Below, piece after piece: positions 27,001 through 39,900 of a stretch of 64,000 nt of DNA. Within the stretch, counting starts at the first letter, position 1; each line of letters begins with the position of its first letter. The stretch is from a virus. Taxonomy: Duplodnaviria > Caudoviricetes. The translations under genes and the position numbers were made by a program. Below the pieces are notes generated by a model. That model ran no database searches. It saw nothing but the letters and a program-made list of their open reading frames with translations, and was not told where the DNA came from. Location of the stretch: the IMG/VR virus record IMGVR_UViG_3300002307_000042, positions 1 through 64,000 of that record, one strand, 5' to 3'.

Positions 27001-27355
27001 CGAAATTCCCGGCAGTAGCGTTTCCTGTAACATTTATTGTACCGAACGTAGTCGCGCTTCCTGAGCTTGCAGTAGCCAGCGAAAGCCAAAGACTAGCATT
27101 TGCTTCACCGTCACTAGGACATACATACATCGTTTGTGTAGAAGAATTAAACCAAAGCTGACCTTGTAGTGCATTAGGAGGAGGAGTGGGACTGCAAAAA
27201 TTTTCTAGTGTATGAACAAAATTAGTATCTAATTGTTGACCATAGCCAGCATAATTTCTTCCTGGTAGACCAATTGATGCAGCAGTGGTATTGATGGTAC
27301 CGTCTGCAATCGTGCAAAGCACTGTTCCGTTAGTCTTTACAATAGTATATGCCAT
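24008..27355 (-). CDS. Tail fibre with C-terminal peptidase S74 intramolecular chaperone
   Basis: YYSDGRLKN...GVIAQEIEKVLPEIV...YDKIIPLLIEAIKEQQ. Confidence 0.9.
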   Translation of the reverse strand: MAYTIVKTNGTVLCTIADGTINTTAASIGLPGRNYAGYGQQLDTNFVHTLENFCSPTPPPNALQGQLWFNSSTQTMYVCPSDGEANASLWLSLATASSGSATTFGTINVTGNATAGNFATPGNLSVSGAATVGSLTVQANTVTANATVSGNLTASGNLIVTNITTGGASTPGTITGTYTVSGGVTGNAFIVTGGNVTVPNVAGAGIKADNYYYANGVAINFAGSYTDSNVRTLLTTGVPNVYVQTTLTSRTLTTGASATTGTITGAWTVTSGSTLEATSALSAGTVTTAAQPNITSVGTLTSLNVTGNTVSGNVYANSGTVRGSLLTGTLTTAAQPNVTSLGTLTSLTAAGTVNLGSIANVKITGGTSGQSITTDGAGNLTFTTISTGSLSNGSSNIAVLNSANLTFSSAGAANVMIITSTGANITGTLNATGNIIGANLSGSLVTGTLTTAAQPNITSLGTLTSATVTGNTVSGNVYANSGTVRGSLLTGTLTTAAQPNVTSLGTLTSLTVSGNITTGNIIGNLANGNSSISINPANGNISLNASGGATPELVVTSTGANITGTAYISGVTTLTDRLIATPDGTSTSYYLPGFSTNYGAGIVGAGTSYAGTGGTAWQALGQWSTSTALSGGAYLSLNKSNSATYGVHGAVAADTTVGAIGFSGSDGAKFVGTADIVSQVDGAVSTTNVPGRIVFKTNPGGAIPVEVMRINSQGNVGIGTTIPAYELDVAGNARVTTSLGVGTTPSGTAGEINATTLTISGNANVGNLTATNSSNVAGVIKLIRAVNGTQDIALIPRAGPGSYNALTGADDALINFGNISAVGNANLTIAPWANANTGIRIQSVSNTATIFLNATNTNVSAALNIAGQLISTVATGTAPLVVSSTTQVANLNAATAGTASVANSVAGANVVGAVANATFATTAGTANVANSVAGANVVGAVANATFATTAGSATTFTSTTQNSQFNSIGVGTAASTTAGEIRATNNITAYYSDGRLKNIEGTIENPIDKIKQVSGVYYRSNDIAASYGYTDDKKQVGVIAQEIEKVLPEIVVPAPFDIGKDDSGNEYSISGENYKTVHYDKIIPLLIEAIKEQQRIIDQQTTKIDEITVILSKLQ
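24504..24670 (-). repeat. Two near-identical 81-bp (27-aa) tandem repeats inside the fibre gene
   Basis: Units start at 24504 and 24585 and encode AGTAxVANSVAGANVVGAVANATFATT. Confidence 0.9.
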
Positions 27356-27395
27356 TTCTATAGTTCTCCGTTATATCTATTTATCGTTTAATAAG

Positions 27396-30113
27396 TTAAA
27401 TTCCTATAGCAAAATACATAGGGTATACTGTTGTATCTTGCCCATGGTAGTAAGTGAATCCGTTTTTGGTGATGCCGTATACCGAATTTTCGCCGCCGCC
27501 GCTATTATTAGTAGAAAGTGCGAGGGGAGTAACTTGCACATTATAGCAATCAGTGCCGAATGGGTAAGTAAAAGGTACATATATACTAGAATCTTGTCCT
27601 ACTGTGGATGATCCAACACCCCATACCATTTTTAATCCGTTAGGTAATGTAGCGTATCCATTTGTTCCATTAACGCCTGCAAAACTTCCGGCAGTTAACG
27701 CAGGCTGGCCGCCTATGCTCAACGTGCTTCCTACACTCGTAATGTTAGGTTGTGCAGCAGATGTTACTGTTCCTGCTGTAGTTGCACTAGTAGCAGTGCC
27801 TGAACTAGTCGCAAATGTTGCGCTAGCTACTGCTCCAACTACGTTTGCGCCTGCAACACTATTTGCAACGCTTGCTGTTCCGGCTAGAGTTGCAGTTGCA
27901 GCAGTTCCTGCATTCGTTGCAAAAGTGGCATTAGCTACTGCGCCGACTACATTTGCACCCGCAACACTATTTGCAACACTTGCTGTTCCTGAATTATCTG
28001 CATAAACTGCATTTGCAACTTTGCCGGTTACATTTGCACCCGCAACACTATTTGCTACACTTGCCGTTCCTGCATTAGTCGCACTAGTGGCACTGGCTAC
28101 TGCTCCTACTACATTTGAGCCGGGTACACTAGTAAGTCCGGTGCCAGACCCAACAAAATTTGCATTAACTGTTCCCACGCTCAATGTGTTAGTACTAGGA
28201 ACATAACTTAGTGAACTATCTAAGCCTAAATCAGTACTTGACGAAACTCCTGAAACAAAAATAGGATAAAAAGCAGAAGCGTTAGCACTTTTGCTTGTTA
28301 CTGCTATATTACTCGCAGTAGTAGCATTAGTTGCACTTGTTGCGGTAGTCGCACTTGACACCGTGCCTACAACATTGGATGCTCTAATATTACTAAGGTT
28401 TCCGCCTTCACCTTGTAGCTGTCCGGCAGTGACTTTACCACTAACATTAAGACTTGATAATGTGCCGAGGCTAGTGATGTTAGTTTGGCTTGATCCTAGT
28501 ACGATTGAAGAATAAGTGGCAGCGTTTGCATTGCTTACAACTCCATTAACATTTGCGCCCGATATATTCGTAAGTCCAGCACCATTTCCATAAAAGGCTC
28601 CGGTGTTTGCAACAACATTTGGTGCAGTTACATTTCCTGAAGAATTGACTGAAGTTAAAGTACCTACAGTAGTAATATTACTTTGGGTAGCAGTAGTGAT
28701 GTTTCCTGATAGATTACCAGCTGAAATATTTGAAGTTGTTATGCCGGTAGTGGTAAACACTGCAACGTTTGTAGTGCTTCCTACTGAGATAGTTACGTTA
28801 CTATTAATGCCGGGAATTCTTATATTAGATGTCCCATTTGCAATAGTATTAGTTGTTGTAGTAGGTAAGTTTGTCAATTGACTACCATCACCTATAAAAT
28901 AATTAGCAGTAATATCACCGTTAGTATCACGCAATGCAACTGTGCTTGCTGTAGCAGTTGTCGTAGCAGTAGCTCCATCCAACAAGTCTGCATTTAAATT
29001 GGCAACTTTAGTAGTTGATGATACTACTAGAGGTGCAGTACCATTAGTAACGGTACTAATAAATTGATTAGCAGACACATTTCCTAACACTGTTAAGAAA
29101 TTTGTACTAGGAACAAATGACAATCCAGTGTCAATTGCGATAGTTGCACTGCTTGATGCGCCAAGTGCTAGTGTAGGATAGTATGTAGTTGGGCTGGTAC
29201 TCTGTGTTGAAACTGCAATTAGGTTTGCCTGAGTTGCATTAGCAACTGTGCCACTTACATTTGCACCATCTACTGCCACACCATTGATTTTAGAGCTTGG
29301 GCTCAGAGTCCAATTACCCGTTATAGTACCTGCTGTAGTAGCAGATCCAGTAGAAAGTACATCACCGTTTATATTAGCCCCGCCGCCTAATAAACCAAAA
29401 TCACCCGTATAGGTAGGTAAATAGCTCGCAACATTTGAATTTGAATAGACCGTACCAAATACAACTGGACTGCCGTTCGCATAATACCAGTTATTTGTTT
29501 TTATTCCTGAAGCTAATAGATTTCCGCCGGTTACCCAAAGTGCAGTACCGGTAACCCCATTCAGTGTGTTTGAACCAGTTAAAGTCCAGGCTCCGGTAAG
29601 ATTTCCGTTAGTTCCGGTGGCACCAGCACTAATTTGAGTAGTATTAATCTGTGCTAAATTACTTTGACCAGTGACATTTGCGTTTGCAATATTTGCTTGA
29701 ATGTTGACTTTGAGATAATTTACATTTGCTAAGTTAGCTGTTATATTGCTAGTAATCTGTGCATTGTTAGCAATTACATTTCCTGTTGCGATCACATTTC
29801 CAGAATATGAGTTTCCTGTTGGGTCTTGAAACTTGATCTTATACCAATTATTTGGATTAGATTCTCCGTCTATTGGGCATACGCACAATGTCGCAGTAGA
29901 GGTATCGTACCAAAGCTGTCCTTGTAATGCGTTAGAAGGAGGCGCAGTGTTTGCAAAATTTTCTAAAGTATGCACAAAGTTAGTGTCAACTACTTGTCCA
30001 TAACCAGGGTAGAGTCTTCCTGGTAGTCCAATTGAGGTACTTACTGTATTGATAGTACCGTCAGTGATTGTCGTTAGAATAGTACCATTAGTTTTAACAA
30101 TCGTATATGACAC
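27396..30113 (-). CDS. Tail fibre protein (905 aa), N-terminus paralogous to the 1115-aa fibre
   Basis: YTIVKTNGT...GLPGR.Y.GYGQ..DTNFVHTLENF shared N-terminus; C-terminal GYATLPNGLKMVWG fibre-tip motif. Confidence 0.85.
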   Translation of the reverse strand: MSYTIVKTNGTILTTITDGTINTVSTSIGLPGRLYPGYGQVVDTNFVHTLENFANTAPPSNALQGQLWYDTSTATLCVCPIDGESNPNNWYKIKFQDPTGNSYSGNVIATGNVIANNAQITSNITANLANVNYLKVNIQANIANANVTGQSNLAQINTTQISAGATGTNGNLTGAWTLTGSNTLNGVTGTALWVTGGNLLASGIKTNNWYYANGSPVVFGTVYSNSNVASYLPTYTGDFGLLGGGANINGDVLSTGSATTAGTITGNWTLSPSSKINGVAVDGANVSGTVANATQANLIAVSTQSTSPTTYYPTLALGASSSATIAIDTGLSFVPSTNFLTVLGNVSANQFISTVTNGTAPLVVSSTTKVANLNADLLDGATATTTATASTVALRDTNGDITANYFIGDGSQLTNLPTTTTNTIANGTSNIRIPGINSNVTISVGSTTNVAVFTTTGITTSNISAGNLSGNITTATQSNITTVGTLTSVNSSGNVTAPNVVANTGAFYGNGAGLTNISGANVNGVVSNANAATYSSIVLGSSQTNITSLGTLSSLNVSGKVTAGQLQGEGGNLSNIRASNVVGTVSSATTATSATNATTASNIAVTSKSANASAFYPIFVSGVSSSTDLGLDSSLSYVPSTNTLSVGTVNANFVGSGTGLTSVPGSNVVGAVASATSATNAGTASVANSVAGANVTGKVANAVYADNSGTASVANSVAGANVVGAVANATFATNAGTAATATLAGTASVANSVAGANVVGAVASATFATSSGTATSATTAGTVTSAAQPNITSVGSTLSIGGQPALTAGSFAGVNGTNGYATLPNGLKMVWGVGSSTVGQDSSIYVPFTYPFGTDCYNVQVTPLALSTNNSGGGENSVYGITKNGFTYYHGQDTTVYPMYFAIGI

Positions 30114-30126
30114 AGCGCGTTACTCC

Positions 30127-30747
30127 TTAAATGGTAACTAGATTAGTTAGACTTTGTATTCTAACCGTGTAGTCAATTTGAATTTGTCTATTGAGTGACT
30201 TTTGAACTGGGTGAAACACTACATGTGTCAGCAATCTAGTTATAACATTACCGTTGACATCAGTACCATAATTAGCTAATAAACCCAATTCATCAAAAAT
30301 ATATGAATCTTGTGTGTTAGTACTATTATCAAATGCAGCCTGTCCTGCAGGTTCACCGTAATCAAGTAGACACTGAACTAAAATGTCAGTATAAAGATTA
30401 CCAGTTGTGTGATACACTGTCATCTTATTACGTGTCGGATCAAGATTGAATACGCTCGTGTCATCTACAATCTTAGCATACGTTTGATTGTATAACGATG
30501 CATTTTGACCCGTTGTGTTGGGTGGGAGATAAGTGATGATGCCGGTCTCGTCTACTGCACTTGCACCATTACCGAATGCCATTTGGTAGATTTCCCCATA
30601 GCTGCGGCTGCTCAAGGTATCTGCGATTGCCTCACTCATGGTTTCATAATTAATGGCGTTCTTTTTATCTACAAAGACTTCTCCATTATTTGGATCGTAT
30701 ATTTTAACAAAACCTTCAACTTTATATGACAACGTGATTAACGACAT
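30127..30747 (-). CDS. Virion structural protein (206 aa)
   Basis: Lies in the late structural cluster; MAFGNG, DELGL, THVVFHPVQKSLNRQIQIDYTVRIQ. Confidence 0.75.
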   Translation of the reverse strand: MSLITLSYKVEGFVKIYDPNNGEVFVDKKNAINYETMSEAIADTLSSRSYGEIYQMAFGNGASAVDETGIITYLPPNTTGQNASLYNQTYAKIVDDTSVFNLDPTRNKMTVYHTTGNLYTDILVQCLLDYGEPAGQAAFDNSTNTQDSYIFDELGLLANYGTDVNGNVITRLLTHVVFHPVQKSLNRQIQIDYTVRIQSLTNLVTI

Positions 30748-30893
30748 TAATCATCCCCTCGCTTATGCATCAATATTTCTTTCGTATTTGGATCAAAAAT
30801 CTTTACACTAGACGAGAAATACACGCCACCAACCTCATTTGGCTTTCTTTCTGAGGGGTTACTTATTTTTTTACCAGTGCTTGACATATTCAT
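30747..30893 (-). CDS. Small 48-aa protein missed by the ORF track
   Basis: ATG 5 nt after GATAAATA (30899-30906); MNMSSTGKKISNPSERKPNEVGGVYFSSSVKIFDPNTKEILMHKRGDD*; its TAA overlaps the next ATG (TAATG). Confidence 0.75.
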   Translation of the reverse strand: MNMSSTGKKISNPSERKPNEVGGVYFSSSVKIFDPNTKEILMHKRGDD

Positions 30894-30908
30894 CTCTTTA
30901 TTTATCAT

Positions 30909-33900
30909 TTACGAGTTATCCACATTTAAGAATAACGCAGGGACAGTAGTGCTTATTTGCAATGGATCTCCAATCTCCGTATTATATACGTTGCTATTCC
31001 AAGTCTGGTTGTAGTATACATCTGATAATTTATTTTGATGCATTAAACTATAAACAGTTGTGTTCTTCAATATAAGTGACTGCTCGCCGGTGCCATTGAC
31101 CCCTCTACTGATGCCAGTCAACATACTATTATCAAAGTCTACACCAGTGAAGTTAATTTGTTCTCCGTTAACAAAGATTGTGTTGCCTTCGATACTAGTT
31201 ATAGTCAATGAGTCACCTTCATCAATGTAAGAGCCACTAGTGATATCAATAGATGGCGCTATAGAAGAGAGCATGATAGATATATCTTCGTTAGGAATAA
31301 ACAGTTGCTTATCATTATTATACACTGTCACTGAGATTAAACTTCTTTTATCAACAGTTAAGCCGATAGTGAATACCCCGTTAACTAATGCAGGCGTGAT
31401 TGATGTTTGAACTATTTTGTTAACTACACTACCTAAATCATCTACACTTATAGTAGTAGATAGAGGATAGATATTTTCAGTTAACCAAGTTCTACTATCA
31501 GCAGGCGCTCTGTATACAGTAGGAGCACCGGTATCATCAACAAAATTGATATAAATTTCTTGATTAGGTGTCGCAGACGGAGTCATACTAGTAATGATAA
31601 CCGTATTTCCTGAACTGATACTAGTCAATATACTTAATTCATTGAAATCATTAAGTCTTAGCTTACTAGAAGGCACTCGTGTACCGTTCACAGTTACCCA
31701 TAGTCTATCTACATTAGTCTGATTCCACTGCTTAGCATTGAAGCTTAGTACACCGTCAGTAAGTGTCATCTCACTACCAAACTGAGTGGTAGATATACTG
31801 AATTCAGTTCCACTATAAATGTTCTTTACATAGTAAACTGTTCCTTGAACTAGCCCGCCGGTCAATGACGCACCATTCAAATACCCCGATCTACTGAAGT
31901 ATATAGGAGTACCTGATATCAATTTACCAGTGTCTGCTACTACGATAGTAGAGCTATTATACGTTGGGCTAACAGCATATGTACGTGAAGCAGTAGCATC
32001 AATTAATCTATATTGACCTTGTACCCAAATATATCCACCTGAAACGTAACTTGAGATGTCAGTGATAGGGTAGTTTACGCCACTACTAGAGGAAGTATAC
32101 GGTTTACTGTACAATTCAAAAGTAGTGGGTGTTACCACGCGAACATAGTAAGTTCCGTTGTTGAGTTGAGTAGAACCAACTAGTCCATCAATTCTTACTA
32201 TTGTGTTTGTAGTAAACGTAGTTGATGCACTCGTAGTAACTATAACTGATGGTTGACCTCCCACTCTAACTACCATAGAGCCAGACCCGGTTGTGAGGTT
32301 TATAATGTTTCCATTGTAATCCCGGATAGTAAAGTGAGTACTATCAACAATAGAATTGACATAATACACCGTTCCGCTTGTTGATATTCCACCGAAACTA
32401 GTTCCTTTAAAGACTACTCGCTGTCCTACAACAAAGTCAGTTGTGCTATCGCAAACTATCTGATTTGGTCTAGTTCCATCAGTACTTGCAATAGAAGCAG
32501 TAGCTAATGTCTGGGTAGTGATGGGAGCAATGTTGTTATTAACATTCGTAATAGCTGTTACTGTTCCAGACACATTGAACTGAGTATTCAAATACTGCTC
32601 TGATGCATCGTTGAACGTAGTTATAGAAATAACATCACCTGCACTCGGAGTGGAAGTAATAGTTAGCACATCAGTTGATGCATTAATAGAGTACTGACTA
32701 GATGTTAGTCTTAATCCGTTTCGCTCTACTATTGCATTAGCTGCGTTAACATCATCAACATTATTTGTCAAGTTATAAGTTGAGGTTGATCCATTAGCTA
32801 CAAAACTTTGTGTTTCTGGAACAGTATAACCTAGTTGAGGGGTAGTCTGTCCAAACATCGCATACACAATATAATTACTTTGATTAGTGTACGTATTTCC
32901 CGCAAGCAATAGAGTTGCAGCAATACCATTTGGTTGTATACCAAACGCATAGTCATAAGTGATGTATGTTGCGCCGCCGTCTGATGTTGTCAACACTACT
33001 TCTGATCCAAGCGGGGTAGCTGAAATAGTAAAAGTAAATGTACCTACTACCTGCTTTACATAGTATGTGGTAAGCGGAGTAATTCCACCAAATGCACTAT
33101 TACTAAAAATGATCTTACAACCGGGCACCATACCAGCAGTGCTGTCAGTAGTTATATAGTTTGTTCCACTAGCGGTCGATGTAATTTGGCTTGAGTACCC
33201 TTGTACTAATTTAGTTCCGTTATTGTAGATGATCGGACTAGTCCAAGTCACCTGGGATCCTGCAGAAAGATTCAAATTCATTGAACCTGTTGCAGACGTT
33301 AATATAACTTCTGGACCAGCAACACCAGTATCAGGATCAAACGTTAATGAAATAGTGATAGTATTTGTAGCATAGCTAATATACTTAATGAAGTATGTGG
33401 TGCTTGATGATATACCACCAAATAGTGTTCCTGAGAATGTGATTGGTGCACCCAATGTCAAGTCTGTTACGCTATCAACGGTAATGCGATTAGTTATACT
33501 TTGAGTAGCTGATACATTAACCGAATATTCGTATGTACCTGGCATGACGATACCACTTCCTTGATATTGTTCACCAGTGAAGTTGCAATCCAAGTAAATT
33601 TCATTGAAACCAGTATCGTCATTGATGCGTATAGGATTTACATCGGTATTAGATTTTACTAGTTGGTCTCCGTTACCAACTTCGTAGACATCTATACGCA
33701 ACTTTTGTAGAGGCACGAGTGTTAAAGGTGTTGTAAGAGTAATAGTTTTGTTGAGCCAGTTAACGGTATAATCTGTTCCTTGAGTTAGTGTTGTACCTAA
33801 TCCAGTAGAAGCACTTAGTTTCTGAACAAATACTTGAGCAGGATACTCTGTGTAACCTCCAAAGAAGTATACTTTTTGCTGGTCATTGATCGGTGTTACT

Positions 33901-36900
33901 TCATTTGAAATAACAGCATAGCCATTGTTTGCATAAGTTACAGATGGCCAACTTCCGCCGGGTCTAGTGTTCACAGTCAATGCTAAATTGTCTCTGACCA
34001 CACCCGCTACCAATTCTTCTGGACCATATCCATACTGAAAATCAGCACCCTTGACAATGTGGGCAGCAGGTACTGTACCAAAGATTGATGTATTTGTCCA
34101 AGTTACACCATTATCATAGCTTGTCAATATAGTGTTGTTGTCTCCTACAACGACAAAACTTGCGTTATCTGATACATATGAGACATTGTTTAAGGTCGCA
34201 TTAGTGTTAGACGTTCTAACTGTATAGTTAAAACCGTCTGAAGATGTTTTAATATTTCCATTTTCACCTACTGAAACCCATGTACCATTGGAATATATGA
34301 TATTATTGATATCATTTCCATCATATGAATACATGATCGTATTAGCAGGAACTGAACCAGCAGTAAGGTCAAGAGTAAGGCCGCCTGCAACAGGTGATAT
34401 CGTGATCAAAGTAGGACTAATGATACTATTTACATAGTAATTAGTACCGGCTACGACACTAGAGAAGCTATTACTAAATTGCACTCTCTGATTAATTTGT
34501 AATGCCACGTTTGTTGTACTGATTATGTTGTTGGCAATATTAAAGCCTGTAACATATCCTTGATTTATACCGTACCAAGTTGCAGCATCTAACGAGTCGA
34601 ACAGAACACCATTTTGTCCCGCAGCTATTATGGTTGTACCATCACTTGTAACAGAATACAATGGCAAGCTAGATGTAACATCTGCAATATTCCAATTGAT
34701 ACCATCTGATGAGTAGCAAATTAAGCTAACAGGATTCAATGAGATATCAGTAGCTTTACCTACTGCTACTACTCCGGTAAATTGTGCAGTTTGCACTGCT
34801 GCAACACCATATAGTTGATAATTTCTAGCAAAAGGAAATACTAGTACTTCATTCCAGCTATATCCATCAGTACTACGAACAATGTTATCACCTACTGCGA
34901 TCCATGCGCCGTTAAAATATGTAGCCGATTGCAATGAAATATTTGCAACATTAATTGATGTTGAATCATAGTTGTTAGTATCCCATGCGTCTGAACCCCA
35001 AGGCGTATATGTTCCTGAAGTAGACCAAATTCTGCCATTTGTACTAATATAAATAGGTGTTGCAGTATTTTGACTAGTAATTATATACAGACCATTTGCA
35101 TAGATAATATCCGTAAGATTTATATTGGAACTGGCTAGTTCTGCATTTATCCAATTTACACCATCTGGACTATAAACAACTGACGAATAATCAGGCAAGT
35201 TTGCAGAAGCATAATATCCATTGTTGTATACTATTCCTGTTAAATCAACATTAGTAGGATAGAATGCCTGATCCTGTAGTATAGTATCTAGATCAAACTG
35301 CAATGCAGGCTCAAATGCATTTCCTTTGTAAGTTGAGTTAGGATATGTTAGTCCTTCAAATAATTGTGTTAAATCTTTTCCAGGCATGTTAACAGTTGGT
35401 TGATAATATCCTACTACTCTATCAAGTGCATTGATTCTGCGATTTCCGCTATCAATCAATTGCCATTTACCAATTACAAATTCCAAATCATTGTTTGATA
35501 CTAGACAGTTATACAGTCTATTATTGAAACGGATGATACTCGGATTAAAATAGAAAGGCTCGCTCAAGAATGCAAAGCTTCCTGCTTTAGCGATTGTCAT
35601 AGAACCAGTGTTGTCTGATGTAATGTTGAGCGCGGTGCCATTTGGTGTAGCTGAAATCGTTAGTTGCGTACTGGATACTATGCTCTTAATGTAATATGTT
35701 TGTCCTAAAACAATGTCAGAACTAAACATGGTTCCGGTGAACACTACAGGATCATATTGGTTGAACATTGAAGTATCAGTGACAGTTATGTAATCATTGC
35801 TGGCAGTAACTGAAGTTGCTATGGTAGTAGTAAATCCTACGTAGGGGAAAGTGTCTCCGTTGGCAGGAATAGTCATAAGACTATCGAGGTAAACCTCAAA
35901 TTGATTAGAGCCACGAATCTTAAAGTAATAATTTCTATTTAGGCTATTAGGAGTTCCACTTATAATTGCACTAGTTATTGCACCAGAACCATTAATAGTA
36001 TTAACTTCTAGAACTAGATCATTTGCCGGACTTGATCCACCTACTAAAGATCCAGATATAGAAATAGTATTAGTAATTGCGAAGCCTGATCCACCATTCT
36101 GTATTACTACTCTATACCCTCCTAGTATATAACTAATGTCAAATGTTGGATTTGACAATATGATTTGATTTAATGTCACCGGGATCACAGGTACTTCGGC
36201 AGTCAATGAGATTGTGCTTCCGCTCGGAGTAGCAGAGAGTGTGATATATGGAACCCCTGTTCCAGTCATTCCTCCACTATCATTTTGTAATACAAAAGTA
36301 GCTCCTCCAATTGTTTCTGAAATTGTAAAATGGGTGCTGTCAGCAATAGTCTTTACATAATACTGCTGATCAACAACAATATTTCCTAATCCGACCCCAG
36401 TGAAAGTGATTGGCATGTTTACAAACAATGAACTAGTGTCTGTAGTGACATGAATCAGGTTACCGGTGCTGCTAGTATTATCACAAATTACACTAATCGG
36501 ACCTAAACCAGCGCCACCGGTGTAATCTTTTATGTAGTATGTTGTACTGGCGCTTAATCCACCGATAGTTGACTGTAGTTGAACAGGCATTCCTGTGTAA
36601 AACCAATCAGTATTATTAACTGCTAACCGATTTACAGTAGCAATTGAAGCATAAGTTGTAGCAGACAACAACGTTCCTATAGTAATATTAGGTGCAGTTA
36701 TGTTTGGATACTGCTGCGAAGTTGTATACATACCAAACTTCTGCCCATTAACCTGTCCAGGACTTACTGGTAATGCAACGTTAGCAGTCATCAATCCGGT
36801 ACCGGTGGCCAATTGTACTACATTCTTTTGATTAGTTACTATCATACTGCCGGATGCATTGCTCAATGCAAATGTTGCTCCGTTGAAAATGTCAGTAATT

Positions 36901-39900
36901 TTAATTTGCGTATTGCTTACGACTTCACTTACATAATACAACTGCCCTGATACAATGTTACCAAAGTTGTTTACTGGTGATCCACTGATTATCATTTGGT
37001 TGAATATAACAGGGTCGTTTAGTGCAAAGTCGCTAGATGAACCAACAGTAATAACATTACCTGTACTAGAAGTTGCCGAAACGCTAGTGCTATACACTGG
37101 AGTTTCAGGTGCAGTAGTAAACGGTTTATCATCAATATTAGTTGCTACGTTAACATCAATTCTTGATACAGTAAATGTTTGATCATCAATTACAGTGTTA
37201 ACATAATAAACCTGATTTTCTACTAAACCACCAAATATTTCTTCGTTAGGTGAAGTAGCAGTAAAATAAAGCAATGTGCCAGGGGTAAACCCGATAGTAC
37301 CGCCTGTACCGATTGGACTTACTGGAATATTAATAGAATTGATACCTGTAGTAGTACCTACCGTGTTAAGAATTCCTGGATAATTAACAGTAAGTATAGG
37401 AAGATTCGAAACCTGGGCGGTAAAACAAGTCATTACTGATGTAGCAGTAGCGTTAGAAATAGGAACAATCGGCCCGTCTACTGTAGAAGAAATAGTAAAA
37501 TCAATTTCATTGAGTATATCTCGGACGTAGTAAACTTGATCAGATACAATCCCACCGATAGTTGTACCCCCAAATTTAATTGGCATGTTTTTATATAGGC
37601 CTATTGTTGACCCACTTGCATTTGGTTCAAGTTCACTTAAGTTACTAGGATTTCCATCTTGAGGAGCAAGTCTAATTATGTTATTTGTACTAATAGTTCT
37701 TGCTATAATACGAGTGAACGAAGACCAAATATAAGTTTCTTCAATATTAACATCTTCTACCTCAAACACTACACCATGTGCGCTAGCTAACAAATCGTTG
37801 ATGTTAGGACTTGTGCTTTCTAATGTAATATTCGTGCTTGCCAATTTGTCAGTGTTATAGTAACTACCTGCATAATATGCTCCGTAGAAACTTCCTGATT
37901 GCCAATCAATGATTTTTGATTGATAGCTAGTTCTATCAAAACGCAAACCGATATTGTTTTCTCTTACCGGGCTTGACTGAGTAATAGCAATTGCTTTTGC
38001 ACCAACATTCAATGTCATCCCTGTTGATGTACCAATGTCTGTAATTCTGATTCTATGCTCGTCGTTGATAGCATCACTGTATGTTGAATACAACCCAATA
38101 ATAGTGTCAGGGGTAGTCTCTAATACATTGATATAGTACCATTCACCGTCTACTAATCTACCTACACCAGCGCCACTATTATTTTTATACTGGACTAGAT
38201 CACCGGTTCTTAGATTAGGTGCATACACTCGTATGTTATGTAGTTTTGAAATAACCATTGTGTTGTCAAAAGTAACAACAATACCTGGTTCAATTTCAAT
38301 ATCAGGTAGAACTGCATACCCTTTACCAGGGTTGACCACTTTAATTTGTAATACGCTATCAAGATTCATCACTGCTTCTAGCACTGCCGGAACTGTCGGG
38401 GCAGGGTAAATAGTAGTATCAATTTTTGCAGTAACCTTAGGAGGATTCGCATATCCACGGCCGCCGCTTAGTAGTATAACAGCAGGCAAATCAATGTAAA
38501 TCTCAGTAGAAGGATAGTGATTTTGTGTAGGAGTGTTATTCACTCCCCTTACTAATCCACTTAGCACATTAGTTGCTTTATCAACATTGTTATACCCGAT
38601 AAGCTCATCGTCAATCTTGATTACTCCGTTAATAGGGAAGCCGCTCGCATTCTTGACAATGAGGTACTTGGTACTAAAGGTCACATAACTAGATAGAATT
38701 GTAATAGGATAATCTGGTTCTCCTACATATCCTGTTATATTTCCTAAATCATCGTATACTGGATTACCTAATGAAAGCCCATAGTTATTATACCACTGTA
38801 AGTATTCAGTAGTGTTCCATATAGTATTTTCATAGTTATATTGGTATTCATTGTCAGTATACTGTGTGTAAACCATCTGGGGACTAATAAATTGCTCATA
38901 CTGGCTATTATATCTAGATGGTAGATCAAAGTCAGTAATATCTCCCTCATATACATCCGTCTTAGTATACTTGAACGAGAAGTCTTTAATGACCACGTGA
39001 TATGGTTTTACTTCGTTGATGTAAGAAGACAAGAATGCCTGATCATCAGTCTTGTAAACTTCGTATGGTAATAATTCTCTTATAGTATGAGATACATTTA
39101 CCAAGCTAGTCTTATTCAACCAAGTAAGATAATTTTGACTTTCAAGGGTCTCTGCTTGAATATATTCAAACAATAAGATAAGTGACTTGTTTCTATAAAT
39201 CAATAGTTCTTGAACAAAGATTTGTTCATTCAACGCTCTTACTATGTTGCGAGTTTCCTTACTCGGGTAAGAATCAAAACTATCAGTGTCAAAAAAGTTT
39301 CCACTATAACCAATTTTACCCGCAGAATAATCCCACAAGTTAGATTTAAATTGAATAGTGCCGTTCTCTAGTCCAACACGAGTCCATTGACTATTTCCAT
39401 CATAGCGGTAGACTTCAAATTTACCCGCGCCATTCTGTTCTACCTTAGCTAAAGTATTAACCGGCACAGTTAGTGCAGAAAGGTCTGCATAGTATGGAAC
39501 TTGGATAGTAGTTTTAGTGCCGTTGTTGTATCCTATTGCCCACCAATTGGTATATTCCCAATAATCCATAGTGTTGTAGTAATCGCCACTAGTAAATAAG
39601 AAGCTCAAATTTTCGCGCAATTCAACAATCGGGTATTGAATTAGTATGTTATTTGCATAGCTAATATAGTTGTTCAGCGCCAACGTTCTATCATAGAAGA
39701 AGCTTTGTCTAGGTACGTTTAGAATACCTTGCTGCACTAGCTTAGGTAACAATGGATTGGGAACAACTTGGCCTGTTATATCGCTTCCACTGAGACTGTC
39801 AAGCATCTTTGCATACAGTGAATGTGGTTCTGGGTTAGAATGCGTAGGGAACCCTGGTAAGAAGTCTTCTTCGTTGTTTTCTCTGATCAAACTATACTCA

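Noticed and set aside
24504-28100. Direct repeats as a CRISPR array
   Set aside because: They are in-frame coding repeats without unique spacers, and no cas genes are present.
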